DNA of 64,000 nucleotides from Candidatus Undinarchaeales archaeon. GTDB taxonomy: Archaea > SpSt-1190 > JASMDC01. The notes below the pieces were generated by a model, which was given only the letters and a program-made list of their open reading frames with translations, was not told the DNA's origin and did no database searches. The stretch lies in the NCBI GenBank assembly GCA_030753015.1, contig JASMDC010000011.1, positions 1 through 64,000 of the forward strand, in the 5' to 3' direction. The position numbers and the translations under genes were made by a program. Position 1 is the stretch's first letter; the number at the start of each line of letters is the position of its first letter. Positions 47,775 through 57,106 of this stretch are shown one piece after another.

Positions 47775-48059
47775 TTAAACGGCCGCTAAACAACTGGCAG
47801 TGGGATGCGTTCCATGAGCGAGGGCCACGGGGATCAGTGCATCCTCGCCCGTACCGGTGATGGGGGCAGCGTGTACCCTCCCCGGTCCTATCTCACCGAG
47901 GCACACGGGACACACTCTTCGTCCCTCCACGCGCTGGATGCAGGCGCTGCACACGACCGCTCTGCATCCACCGCATTCGAGGTACTCCCATTCTTCTTCA
48001 ACAGCACTCCCGCAGACAGTGCATGTCCGTTCACCGTCACGTTCGGTCAGTAGGTCCAT
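47775..48059 (-). CDS. Small Zn-finger protein
   Basis: CTVC, CGGC, CSAC, CPVC; GAGGTGA SD. Confidence 0.65.
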   Translation of the reverse strand: MDLLTERDGERTCTVCGSAVEEEWEYLECGGCRAVVCSACIQRVEGRRVCPVCLGEIGPGRVHAAPITGTGEDALIPVALAHGTHPTASCLAAV

Positions 48060-48069
48060 GTATCTCACC

Positions 48070-49518
48070 TCAGTCCTCGATGGCCTTCTTCAGGTCTCCT
48101 CCGCACTTGGGGCACCTGACGCACCTGTGGAGGATCGAGCTCTCGCAGTAGGGGCACACCTTCGTGCGCTCATCGTCCTTATCTTCGGTCTTGTCTTTGA
48201 TCGCTTTCTTCTTTACGGTCTTCTTCTTCACGTCCTCGGTCCGGAGGCTCACGACCTCGATGTCCTCATCTTCCTCCTCGGAAGGCGCCTTCCGGACGGT
48301 CCTTCTCCGCCTGCGGTCAACGATCTCCTCGTCGCTAGAACCGTTCCCCTGGTCCCAGGAGAGTGCCACGGTGACCATCGCCCCGAGCCCGACTATCATG
48401 CCCAGGAGACTGATCCATTCACCCAGTATCGGCAGCCAGCGGAGGACTGTGAAGATCACCCATCCACCAAGGAACTGGACGTACCGGTTCTTCTCGGGCA
48501 GTGCCTGCTCACCGATGAGCACCGAGATGACCACCGTCGTCAGGAACAGCGCTGCGACGAACAGGAATCCCCCCATGATGGAGAAGGGGATGCCCACGAT
48601 GGTGATCAGGAGGAGGATGAGGCCTATCGGTACGCCGATGAGCACCCCGAATCCTATTGCACCGGTGTACAGCGGCTCGTCCATGATGGCCTCCGAGGTA
48701 CGGTCGAGAAAGGGACCTCCCCAGTGCACCACGGCCAGGCCGAAGGCGAGCGAGGCCACTACGAACATGATGGTGAGCACGAACAGGACCATAGCTCCGA
48801 TGGCGAGGATGCCCCCGACGAAGGGGAGGTTGTGGGCGAGGTCCGAATCGTCGAAATCGAAGGGCAGGTTCTCGTCCATGTGCTCGACGCGCTCCACGCT
48901 CCCCCGGACGCGGTCCAGGTTCCCCGGTGCGTCCTCAGCGCTGTAGACGAGGTTGCCGCCGATGATGGCGTCGGGTGAGATGTCGAAGTCCCCGGCACCG
49001 ATCTTGGCGTTCGCCAGTACCTTCCCGCCGAGCCTCACGGCCCCAGCGTTCGCAGTAAGGTCGCCCCGCACGATACCGTCCATGTCCAGTTCACCGCAGA
49101 AGGCGACGAGCTCCCCGTCGATCACGGCAGTAGGACCAACACTGACCTCCCCGCCAAGGGCCACGACCTCGCCGGAGACATTTCCGCGGATGTCGACCTT
49201 ACCGCCACCGGTACGTACATCGCCGCCGACGGCGTCGAGGATTGTCACATGACCGCCGCCGATGAGTATGTCGCCACGGACCGGGGCCCGGACCTCGACA
49301 TCCCCTCCGAAGACTATTAGGTCGCCATTGACGGGAGCAGTGACACGGACATTGCCCCCAGCGCTATAGACATTGTCGTCGATAGCCAGGCCATCACCTC
49401 CGATGGTGACCGTCTCGTGCTCTCCCATTGCCAGTGTGTATGCAGCGGCCGAGCCGATCATCACGAACAAGCAGATGATCGCAACCAGCATCCGGTTCAT
49501 CGTTCGTTCCATCCTCAT
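48070..49518 (-). CDS. Polymer-forming (bactofilin-like beta-helix) membrane protein with C-terminal Zn ribbon
   Basis: Signal peptide, GG.V.V...V.GD repeats, several TMs, Lys-rich tail, CPYC/CPKC. Confidence 0.8.
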   Translation of the reverse strand: MRMERTMNRMLVAIICLFVMIGSAAAYTLAMGEHETVTIGGDGLAIDDNVYSAGGNVRVTAPVNGDLIVFGGDVEVRAPVRGDILIGGGHVTILDAVGGDVRTGGGKVDIRGNVSGEVVALGGEVSVGPTAVIDGELVAFCGELDMDGIVRGDLTANAGAVRLGGKVLANAKIGAGDFDISPDAIIGGNLVYSAEDAPGNLDRVRGSVERVEHMDENLPFDFDDSDLAHNLPFVGGILAIGAMVLFVLTIMFVVASLAFGLAVVHWGGPFLDRTSEAIMDEPLYTGAIGFGVLIGVPIGLILLLITIVGIPFSIMGGFLFVAALFLTTVVISVLIGEQALPEKNRYVQFLGGWVIFTVLRWLPILGEWISLLGMIVGLGAMVTVALSWDQGNGSSDEEIVDRRRRRTVRKAPSEEEDEDIEVVSLRTEDVKKKTVKKKAIKDKTEDKDDERTKVCPYCESSILHRCVRCPKCGGDLKKAIED

Positions 49519-50090
49519 CCCTCCTGTTTGATGATACTCGCGTTCCATTTCAGGTACCGGACCGTCAGGCCGGCGAAGGCCCTGGCCAGGTACATATCGA
49601 CCATGACGAAAAGCAGCCCACCGAGAGAGAGCCCGATCATGAAGATGAGGCCGATGAAGGGATGGCCCCCGATGGTGTAGCCATACCCGCCGATCGATGA
49701 CAGGATGATTGCGACGATCCCGGTGAGGCCACCGAAGGTAAAGCCCACAGCTACCGCGAAGAGCGCGAAGAGCACTCCGACCAGGGCAAGGAACGGTCCG
49801 AGGACGAACACGAGATTGAAGAAGCCGAGCCCTGCCGCAGCGAGCACCGCCCGCAGGATGTTCTCTATCGAAGCGGAGTCCTCGGCCCGCTGGACCATGA
49901 AGTCCGCCTTGAGCTGGCGGGCCAACGCCTTCGGGCTTCCGAGGGCGCGAGCTATACCATCCTCGCTCCGTCCCTCCTCGAGCCCTGCCTCGAAGTGCTC
50001 CCGGTAATCGTCGAGAACGTCCTCGAGATCGTCCTTGGGAACCCCACGTAGATGCCTCCTCAATGTCCCGATGTACTCCTTCCTATTCAT
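49515..50090 (-). CDS. DUF1700 (HAAS) membrane protein
   Basis: [29 protein letters not shown]; GLGFFNLVF. Confidence 0.9.
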   Translation of the reverse strand: MNRKEYIGTLRRHLRGVPKDDLEDVLDDYREHFEAGLEEGRSEDGIARALGSPKALARQLKADFMVQRAEDSASIENILRAVLAAAGLGFFNLVFVLGPFLALVGVLFALFAVAVGFTFGGLTGIVAIILSSIGGYGYTIGGHPFIGLIFMIGLSLGGLLFVMVDMYLARAFAGLTVRYLKWNASIIKQEG

Positions 50091-50403
50091 TATTGGCACC
50101 CTCCAGGAAATGATTCACACGCTCGACGAAGGTCAGCCACTCGTCGGTAAGCTCGTCCTTCATCGTCTTCCCTTCCGATGTCAGCTTGTAGTACTTCCGG
50201 GGGGGCCCCTCCTGGGACTCCTGTAGGTAGGTGGTGACGTAACCGTCATTCTTCAATCGGCGGAGAAGGGGGTAGATCGTGCCCTCGGAGATTGAGATGT
50301 TCTTGGAGATCTCGGCCACGAGTTCGTAGCCGTAGCAGTCCTTACGTCTCAGCTGGGCGAGCACACAGAGCTCCAGTACGCCTTTCTTGAATTGGATGTT
50401 CAT
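50083..50403 (-). CDS. PadR family transcriptional regulator
   Basis: [34 protein letters not shown]. Confidence 0.95.
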   Translation of the reverse strand: MNIQFKKGVLELCVLAQLRRKDCYGYELVAEISKNISISEGTIYPLLRRLKNDGYVTTYLQESQEGPPRKYYKLTSEGKTMKDELTDEWLTFVERVNHFLEGANNE

Positions 50404-50438
50404 GAAGTCATCACCTCACTAGGGTTTGTTGAATGCAC

Positions 50439-50500
50439 AGTACCTTGTAGTACAAGGTACTATATATACCTTTGCATTGGAACGCAAGGTACTATATATA
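50439..50500. promoter_or_regulatory. Candidate PadR operator: AGTACCTTGTA-G-TACAAGGTACT plus a second degenerate site
   Basis: Perfect 11-1-11 inverted repeat at 50439-50461; CAAGGTACTATATATA repeated at 50453 and 50485; upstream of padR. Confidence 0.75.
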
Positions 50501-50559
50501 CGGAGGTAATATGGCCCCTCGTGCAAAGGCATTTAAGGAGTGTTCCCCAACTCCGCCCG

Positions 50560-51276
50560 ATGCGCCGCTTCCACGACATCGGCCTCCGGTACCCCGGAAC
50601 ACCCGAGGACGCCAGGGAGCTCGTCACCGAGGCGAAGCGCATGGGCTTCCATCGCGTGTGCATCAACGTCCCGGTCCGGGGCAAGGAAGGGATCAAGCTC
50701 CTCAAGTCGCTCAGGGACCAGGACCTCGGAGAAGGGACGCTCATCGGCGCCGATATCGACGTGATCGGCGGCTCCAAGAACGGTCTCCATAACCTTCTCG
50801 GCCGGGCGAGGAAGCTCGCTGACATTGTCGCGGTACTGGGCGGTGACCTGGCGATCAACAAGTACGCTGTCGAGTCGCGCGAGACCGATGTGCTCCGCGC
50901 CCCCTATCGCGGCAGACGTGATTCGGGCGTGGACAAGGTCGTAGCGGAGGCCGCTGCCAGGAACGGTGTAGCGCTGGAGCTCTCGTTCGCTGATGTGCTC
51001 GCTCCCAACAGCGGTCGGATCGGTCTCCTCCGACGGCTCGGAGAGCTCGTTGAATTTGCAGGAGCGTTCGATACCTGCTTGGTGCTTTCCAGCGGTGCCA
51101 TCGATATGCTCGGGCTTCGGGTGCCACAGGACCTTGCCGCGTTCGTCACCTGTCTCGGGATGGACAATGAGGACGCCCTTGAGGCCGTAAGCACGGTACC
51201 GGGCGAGGTCGTGGACAGGGCATTAGAGCGAAAGGACGAGCGCATCATCGCGCCAGGAGTGCGGGTGATCGGATGA
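50560..51276 (+). CDS. rnp3: Ribonuclease P protein component 3 (Rpp30)
   Basis: VLGGDLAINKYAVE..DVL, AAARNGVALE, SSGA..LR; position upstream of pop5-psmA. Confidence 0.88.
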   Translation: MRRFHDIGLRYPGTPEDARELVTEAKRMGFHRVCINVPVRGKEGIKLLKSLRDQDLGEGTLIGADIDVIGGSKNGLHNLLGRARKLADIVAVLGGDLAINKYAVESRETDVLRAPYRGRRDSGVDKVVAEAAARNGVALELSFADVLAPNSGRIGLLRRLGELVEFAGAFDTCLVLSSGAIDMLGLRVPQDLAAFVTCLGMDNEDALEAVSTVPGEVVDRALERKDERIIAPGVRVIG

Positions 51277-51659
51277 ACGAGAAGAAGAAGCGGCGAGTGC
51301 CGGCTTACTTGCGAAAACGAAAGAGATATATAGTGTACCAAGTTTGGCCAGCCGGGAACCCTACCCCAGGGTTCAACGATGTGGACAGGGCCATCCGGTC
51401 GTCCGTCCGGTCATTTCTCGGCGACCATGGGGCGGCTCAGGCCGGCGTGTGGGTCATGAAGGACCGGTACGACCCCGCGACCGGGCAGGGCCTCGTCCGC
51501 TGCGTGCATGAACGGGTCGATCAGGTCAGGGCCTCTCTGGCCCTCGTGACCGGGATCGGCGATGCACGGGTCCGCATCGACACCCTGGGCGTCTCCGGTT
51601 CGATTAGAACAGCAAAGCGAAAGTTCACGGGTGATGAGAATGGAACTAATGACACCTGA
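51273..51659 (+). CDS. rnp2: Ribonuclease P protein component 2 (Pop5)
   Basis: P.YLRKRKRYI, FLGD.G, GLVRC, VRASL, TLGVSGSIR. Confidence 0.9.
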   Translation: MNEKKKRRVPAYLRKRKRYIVYQVWPAGNPTPGFNDVDRAIRSSVRSFLGDHGAAQAGVWVMKDRYDPATGQGLVRCVHERVDQVRASLALVTGIGDARVRIDTLGVSGSIRTAKRKFTGDENGTNDT

Positions 51660-52383
51660 AATGATGGGATATGATCGTGCGAGTACCGTCTTCTCTCCGG
51701 ACGGCCGCCTCTTCCAGGTCCAGTACGCCATGGAAGCGGTACGGAGGGGCGCCACAGCCATTGGCATCGTCTGCAAGGACGGTGTCGTGCTTGCGGCGGA
51801 CAAGCGCATCTCCAATGTGCTCATGGTCCACAGCTTTGTCGAGAAGATCTTCGAAGTGGACGATCACGTGGGGGTCGCAACCTCCGGACTTGTGGCCGAC
51901 GGGCGCAAGCTCGTGGACGACGCGCGCATCGAATCCCAACGTAACCATATAGTGTTCGACGAGGCCATCGAGATCGCCTCTCTGGTCAAGCGCATCTGCG
52001 ACATCAAGCAGCTTTTCACACAGTACGGAGGGCTAAGGCCCTTCGGTGTCTCCCTCCTCATCGTAGGTGTGGACGAGACCGGGCCCCGCCTCTTCGAGAC
52101 CGATCCCAGCGGTACACCTACCGAGTGGAAGGCCACCGCCGTGGGAGAGGGACGCAAAGAGGTCCTCGAGTACCTAAAGGAGAACTACAAGGACGATATC
52201 TCCCTTGAAAAAGGCCTCGGTCTGGTGTTCAAGGCGCTCCAGCGCATCATGAAGGAGCCGATCGAGCCCGAGAAGATTGAGGCCGCGATAATCACCACCA
52301 AGGAGCGGAAGTTCACCAAGCTAGGGAAGGACCGGCTCGTCAAGTACCTCAAGAAGCTCGAGCCTGAGAAGGACAAGGACTAG
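51640..52383 (+). CDS. psmA: Proteasome alpha subunit
   Basis: GYDR..TVFSPDGRLFQV.YA, SGLVADGR, TQYGGLRPFGVS, ETDPSG. Confidence 0.97.
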   Translation: MELMTPEMMGYDRASTVFSPDGRLFQVQYAMEAVRRGATAIGIVCKDGVVLAADKRISNVLMVHSFVEKIFEVDDHVGVATSGLVADGRKLVDDARIESQRNHIVFDEAIEIASLVKRICDIKQLFTQYGGLRPFGVSLLIVGVDETGPRLFETDPSGTPTEWKATAVGEGRKEVLEYLKENYKDDISLEKGLGLVFKALQRIMKEPIEPEKIEAAIITTKERKFTKLGKDRLVKYLKKLEPEKDKD

Positions 52384-52396
52384 GGGGTCGGCCAGC

Positions 52397-53101
52397 GTGG
52401 TCGACATCGACCGGGCAGTGATCGCCCGGCTCCAGAAGTTCGGATCGACCTTCGAGATCCTCGTGGACCCCGACGTGGCTCGGGAGTACAAGGAGGGCAA
52501 GAAGGTCGATATCGACAAGCTCATGGCGGCCCAGGACGTGTTCAAGGACGCTCACAGTGGAGACCGGTGCGGCGAAGAATCGCTGTTGAAGGTGTTCGAG
52601 ACCACCAATCCATTCGAGGTCGCCAAGCAGATACTCGACAAGGGCCAGATCCAGCTCACAACCGAGCAGAAGCGCCATATGGCGGAGGAGAAGTACAAGC
52701 AGGTCGCAGCCCTCATCGCCCGCAATGCGATCAATCCGCAGACAGGCACTCCGCACCCCGTTGTCCGTATCGAGCGTGCCATGGAAGAGGCAAAGGTGCA
52801 CTGCGATATCTTCAAGGACGCCGAGCAGCAGATGGCCGACGTCGTCAAGCTGCTCAGGCCGCTCCTGCCGCTCAAGTTCGAGACGCGAATAATCGCGCTG
52901 AAGGTTCCTCCGAGCTTTGCGAGCAACGCTCAGCGGGAGGTCCGCACGTTCGGTGAGATGAAGCAGGACCAGTGGCTCAAGGACGGATCATGGGTCGCCG
53001 TGGTGGAGATACCTGCGGGGATGCAGGACGAGTTCTTCGGTAAGCTCGCCGGCCTCACCCATGGCGAGGCCGAGACGCGCGTGCTGGAACATTTCCCCTG
53101 A
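52397..53101 (+). CDS. Ribosome maturation protein SBDS/Sdo1
   Basis: FEILVDP, KGQIQLTTEQKR, NPQT.TPHP..RIE.AM. Confidence 0.95.
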   Translation: MVDIDRAVIARLQKFGSTFEILVDPDVAREYKEGKKVDIDKLMAAQDVFKDAHSGDRCGEESLLKVFETTNPFEVAKQILDKGQIQLTTEQKRHMAEEKYKQVAALIARNAINPQTGTPHPVVRIERAMEEAKVHCDIFKDAEQQMADVVKLLRPLLPLKFETRIIALKVPPSFASNAQREVRTFGEMKQDQWLKDGSWVAVVEIPAGMQDEFFGKLAGLTHGEAETRVLEHFP

Positions 53102-53107
53102 GCACTG

Positions 53108-53788
53108 GTGACATCGATGGCCCGCATCCTTGTGAAACCTCGGCAGCTCGTCGTTCCCGGTACACCGCTAGCATCGGGTGTGGTGGGGGGCGCCGCCCCC
53201 GGCACCCGGCTCGATGGTGATACGCTCTATGCCACCGTCGTGGGCCTGGCGTCGGTGCGTAGTGGCGATGTGGGCATCATCCCCCTGGGAGGCCCCTACC
53301 TGCCGTCCAAGGGCGATATTGTCATCGGCATCGTCACGGCCGTACGCGGAACGTGGATAGAGATCGACATCAAGGCACCCTGGTCCGCGGACCTGGGGCT
53401 GGAGGGGGGTGACGACCGGAGACCGGAGCGTGGCTGGCGGAAAGGTGACGCAGTGCTCGCGACCGTGACCGGGATGGACGAGGAGAAGCACGCTATGCTC
53501 GACATCAGCGGAATGGACCATGGTCCGATCTCCGAGGGGCTCCTCATCGATGTACCGGCCCCCAAGGTGGCCCGGCTAATCGGGCGTAGTGGGAGCATGG
53601 TGGGCATGATCCGTGAGCTTACCGGCTGCACCATAATCGTCGGCCTCAACGGACGTGTCATGATACAAGGGACGCCCGGGGGCCAGCTCCTGGCCGCACG
53701 GGCCGTCGGGCTCGTCGAGGCCAATGCTCACACTCACGGATTGACCGATGCCGTTCGTGTGTTCCTGGAAGGTGAGCGCCGTGATTAA
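53108..53788 (+). CDS. rrp4: Exosome RNA-binding subunit Rrp4 (divergent)
   Basis: LVVPG, YLPSKGDIVIG, KH KVARLIGRSGSM, G.NG.V, AHTHGLTD. Confidence 0.9.
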   Translation: MTSMARILVKPRQLVVPGTPLASGVVGGAAPGTRLDGDTLYATVVGLASVRSGDVGIIPLGGPYLPSKGDIVIGIVTAVRGTWIEIDIKAPWSADLGLEGGDDRRPERGWRKGDAVLATVTGMDEEKHAMLDISGMDHGPISEGLLIDVPAPKVARLIGRSGSMVGMIRELTGCTIIVGLNGRVMIQGTPGGQLLAARAVGLVEANAHTHGLTDAVRVFLEGERRD

Positions 53789-54494
53789 TAGGCGACCCGA
53801 GAGCCTGTTCGTCGATGGAAGACGGCTTGATGGCCGAGCTCTCGACGCGTTGGGCACCGCTGTGGCCGAGACCGGGATAATCCCCCAGGCCGACGGGTCC
53901 GCAAAGGTGGAACGGAGCGGCACAAAGGTGCTCGCCACGGTCCGCGGTCCACATGAGCCCCAAAAGCATGAAGATGATCTCACGCACGTTCGCTGCACTA
54001 TAGATGTCCCCTCGTTCAGTGGTCCTGTACAGCATGACGACCTCACCGAACGGATGGAGGGGGCCTTGTGCTCTCTGGTGCTCTTCGACGACCTCCCCGG
54101 GTGTGTAGTCGATGTGCGTATCCAACTCGTGGCCTCGGGCGCAAGCGTTCTCGCCACGGCCCTCGCCGCCGCTACTCTCGCACTGGCCGACGCCGGTGTG
54201 CCCATGCGCGATCTGGTGGCCGCTGTGGACGTGGTCATCGTCCATGATGCACAGGGGAAACGGTTCATCGCCCTGGATCCGTCAGAGATCGAGGGTACAT
54301 GGGCCTCGTCCACGATCACTGTATGCTTCACCTGCCATAGGGGGGACCTCGTCCTTCTCTGTGCTAACGGCAGGCAATCACAGGACGAGCTTGAGAGCGC
54401 CCTCACGCTCGCAGCGCGTGGCATGGGCGCCGTCAGCGACCTCATGACCGACTCGTTCCTCCGCCGGTATGCGACAAGAGGTGAGGACAAATGA
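53781..54494 (+). CDS. rrp41: Exosome subunit Rrp41, catalytic motifs degenerate
   Basis: DGRRLDGR, ADGSA, TKVLATVRGP, LALADAGVPMRDLV; conserved position between rrp4 and rrp42. Confidence 0.88.
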   Translation: MINRRPESLFVDGRRLDGRALDALGTAVAETGIIPQADGSAKVERSGTKVLATVRGPHEPQKHEDDLTHVRCTIDVPSFSGPVQHDDLTERMEGALCSLVLFDDLPGCVVDVRIQLVASGASVLATALAAATLALADAGVPMRDLVAAVDVVIVHDAQGKRFIALDPSEIEGTWASSTITVCFTCHRGDLVLLCANGRQSQDELESALTLAARGMGAVSDLMTDSFLRRYATRGEDK

Positions 54495-55264
54495 TACCTG
54501 CCCGACTGGTGGATTGCACCGTGGTCCGTCGAACGGTACGACGTTCTCTAGCGAACGGTCAGCGGTTCGATGGCAGGGGTCTGGGCGATGTCCGGCCCGT
54601 GAAGGTCATGTGCGACGTGGCTCCCGTGGCCGAGGGCTCCGCTCAGGCGTTCATTGGGATGACGCATGTCATCGCCGGTGTCCGGCTCGAGGCTGCTCCG
54701 CCCGTGGCGGACCATCCTGTGGAGGGAGTGCTCCATGTCCATGCCGGCAAGGATGGTGCTCGTCTTGCCTGGGCCGTTGAGCGTACCCTTCGTGATACCG
54801 AGGCCGTTGACCTCATGCGTCTGTGCATCGAGCCAGGACGGACCGTGTGGCACGTGTGGCTCGACGTGCGCTGCATCAACGATGACGGTTCCCTGGTCGA
54901 TGCCTGTGTATTGGCATCGGTCGCAGCTCTCGCCACGGCGCAGATGCCACGCTTCGACGGCGGGAGAGTGGTCCGGGACGAGCGGATAGGTCCACTGATG
55001 GTGGACGGCCTACCTGTCACCTGCACTCTTGGCCTGGTGGACGGAAAGCTCGTGGCCGACCTCACCCGGGAGGAGGGGACGGTGGCCGACGCCAAGGTGC
55101 GCGTAACCTTCCAACCGGACGGCGCTCTCGCACAGGTCATGGCTAGTGGTCGGGGCACGCTCTCGTCAGACAAGATATCGCAGGCCGTCGCACTCGCGAA
55201 GAGGGCAGCACCGACGCTCCGTGAGGGTGTCCTGGCCGCCGTCGCAAGGTTTAAAAAAGCCTAG
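54491..55264 (+). CDS. rrp42: Exosome subunit Rrp42 (divergent)
   Basis: GQRFDGR, AEGSA, LCIEPG..VW...LDV..INDDGSLVDA. Confidence 0.9.
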   Translation: MIPARLVDCTVVRRTVRRSLANGQRFDGRGLGDVRPVKVMCDVAPVAEGSAQAFIGMTHVIAGVRLEAAPPVADHPVEGVLHVHAGKDGARLAWAVERTLRDTEAVDLMRLCIEPGRTVWHVWLDVRCINDDGSLVDACVLASVAALATAQMPRFDGGRVVRDERIGPLMVDGLPVTCTLGLVDGKLVADLTREEGTVADAKVRVTFQPDGALAQVMASGRGTLSSDKISQAVALAKRAAPTLREGVLAAVARFKKA

Positions 55265-55279
55265 GTGGTGGGCTTGGCG

Positions 55280-55876
55280 ATGAGCAGGCAAAGGAAACTC
55301 GTGCCGTTGGAGAAGTACCTTGTCAGTGGCGTACATATCGGCACCCGCCAGAAGATGAAGGATATGAGCGAGTTCATTTACAAGCTCCGTCCTGACGGTC
55401 TGGCCGTGATGAACATCCAGAAGATCGACGAGCGCCTGCGGGTAGTCTCCCGATTCCTATCCCGGTACGAACCTGGCGAGGTTCTGGTCGTGGCAGCCCG
55501 TGAGACCGCCAAGAAACCGATCCGCAAGTTCGCCGAGGCCACGGGGTGCAAGCCCTGCATTGGACGGTTCATGCCCGGGACCCTTACAAATCCTGCTTAC
55601 GAGAAGTACACTGAGCCGAGGGTCGTGTTCGTCAATGATCCGATCGCCGACAAGCAGTGTATCACCGAGGCCATGGAGGTGGGTATCCCCATCGTGTCCC
55701 TCTGTGATACCAACCACATTAAAGAGAACATCGACCTGATCATCCCCGCCAACAACAAGGGGAAGAAGTCGCTCGGGCTGGTCTACTGGATCATCGCTAA
55801 GGAGATGCTCATCGAGCGCGGGGTCCTTCCTCCGGATGTCGAGTACGAAGTACCAGTGGAAGAGTTCGGAGGCTAA
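55280..55876 (+). CDS. rps2: 30S ribosomal protein S2 (uS2)
   Basis: YLVSGVHIGTRQK, GRFMPGTLTNP, DLIIPANNKG. Confidence 0.97.
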   Translation: MSRQRKLVPLEKYLVSGVHIGTRQKMKDMSEFIYKLRPDGLAVMNIQKIDERLRVVSRFLSRYEPGEVLVVAARETAKKPIRKFAEATGCKPCIGRFMPGTLTNPAYEKYTEPRVVFVNDPIADKQCITEAMEVGIPIVSLCDTNHIKENIDLIIPANNKGKKSLGLVYWIIAKEMLIERGVLPPDVEYEVPVEEFGG

Positions 55877-55879
55877 GAT

Positions 55880-56719
55880 ATGCTACGGCTCCCGGCAGTG
55901 GCGGGCCAGCATTACTTTGCAGATACTGATAAGCTCGAGCTCCAGATCAAGCACTGTTTCACCCATGAGCTCGGTCCCGGAGCGCTCCCTGGAGAGCGCT
56001 CGGACAAGCGTATACACGGCATCATCGTCCCCCACGGTGCGTTCATGTTCTCCGGTGCCTGCGCGGCCCATGCCTACAAGTTGATCGGTGAGTCCGCGAA
56101 GCCGGACGTTGTCATCATCGTCGGACCCAACCACACGGGCACTGGTGCAGGCCTTGCCGTCTACCCGGCCGGCGCGTGGAAGACGCCGTTGGGGGAAGTG
56201 AAGGTGGACGAGGCGTTCGCCAAGACCATCGTGAAACACGGTGAGATGCTCGACCTGGACGAGATGGCGCACCAGTACGAGCCATCCATCGAGACACAGC
56301 TTCCGTTCCTCCAGTTCGTGCTCCCCGACGTCCCTATCGTCCCCATCCTAATGATGATCCACGACATGGACGCCTGCGACGACGTCGCCTTCTCGATCGT
56401 CGACGCTGCTGAGGAGATGAAGAAGAAGGTGCTCATCATCGCTTCCTCGGACTTCTCGCACTTCGTCCCCGCCCGCGTGGCATCGGAGCTGGACGATCTG
56501 GTGCTCCAGAACATCGAGAAGCTCGACGAGGAGCGTCTGATGAAGACCATCGAGCGTAAGAAGGTCTCCATGTGCGGATTCGCGCCCGTGAGCGCGATGA
56601 TGGTCGCCTGTAAGGAGATGGGCGCCAAGAGTGCCCGTGTGCTCAAGTACTACACTTCGGGTGAGATCCTAAACGACAACACCCAGGTCAATGGCTACGC
56701 ATCGTGTGTCGTGGAGTAA
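55880..56719 (+). CDS. MEMO1/AmmeMemoRadiSam protein B family
   Basis: PAVAG..Y, VPH...FSG, GPNHTG, WKTPLG, ASSDFSH, SMCG. Confidence 0.93.
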   Translation: MLRLPAVAGQHYFADTDKLELQIKHCFTHELGPGALPGERSDKRIHGIIVPHGAFMFSGACAAHAYKLIGESAKPDVVIIVGPNHTGTGAGLAVYPAGAWKTPLGEVKVDEAFAKTIVKHGEMLDLDEMAHQYEPSIETQLPFLQFVLPDVPIVPILMMIHDMDACDDVAFSIVDAAEEMKKKVLIIASSDFSHFVPARVASELDDLVLQNIEKLDEERLMKTIERKKVSMCGFAPVSAMMVACKEMGAKSARVLKYYTSGEILNDNTQVNGYASCVVE

Positions 56720-56818
56720 CGCTCGCATCATCTCCGAGACGTTCGGACGAGGCACCTCCTATACAAGCCTTATAAATATCAACGGGTATCAATACAGTAC
56801 GCTCGGAGGGCGAGAACC

Positions 56819-57079
56819 ATGGAGGAAACAGCGACCTGGCTCAAGGACGTTCTCGGGGGTGAGAAGCGGCTCCATGAGGTCCTCGAAAAGCTCGAGGGGA
56901 ATGAGAAGCTCTCTCTCCATTGGTTCGAGAAGCTCGGCGCGATCATCGACGAGCATGGCGCGGAGATCGATGATACCATGGTGATCCGCCTCTCCACCCT
57001 TCTGGACGAGTTCGGACGGCTCGCGTCCACCAGTTCCTGTCTCCGTTCGGAGATAGAGTTCATCCTCAAGAAGAGCTGA
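56819..57079 (+). CDS. Small hypothetical protein
   Basis: TTATAAATA promoter and GGAGG SD upstream; coding-like. Confidence 0.6.
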   Translation: MEETATWLKDVLGGEKRLHEVLEKLEGNEKLSLHWFEKLGAIIDEHGAEIDDTMVIRLSTLLDEFGRLASTSSCLRSEIEFILKKS

Positions 57080-57106
57080 GGCTGCTGGCCTCCAGAGGCG
57101 TTCCAC

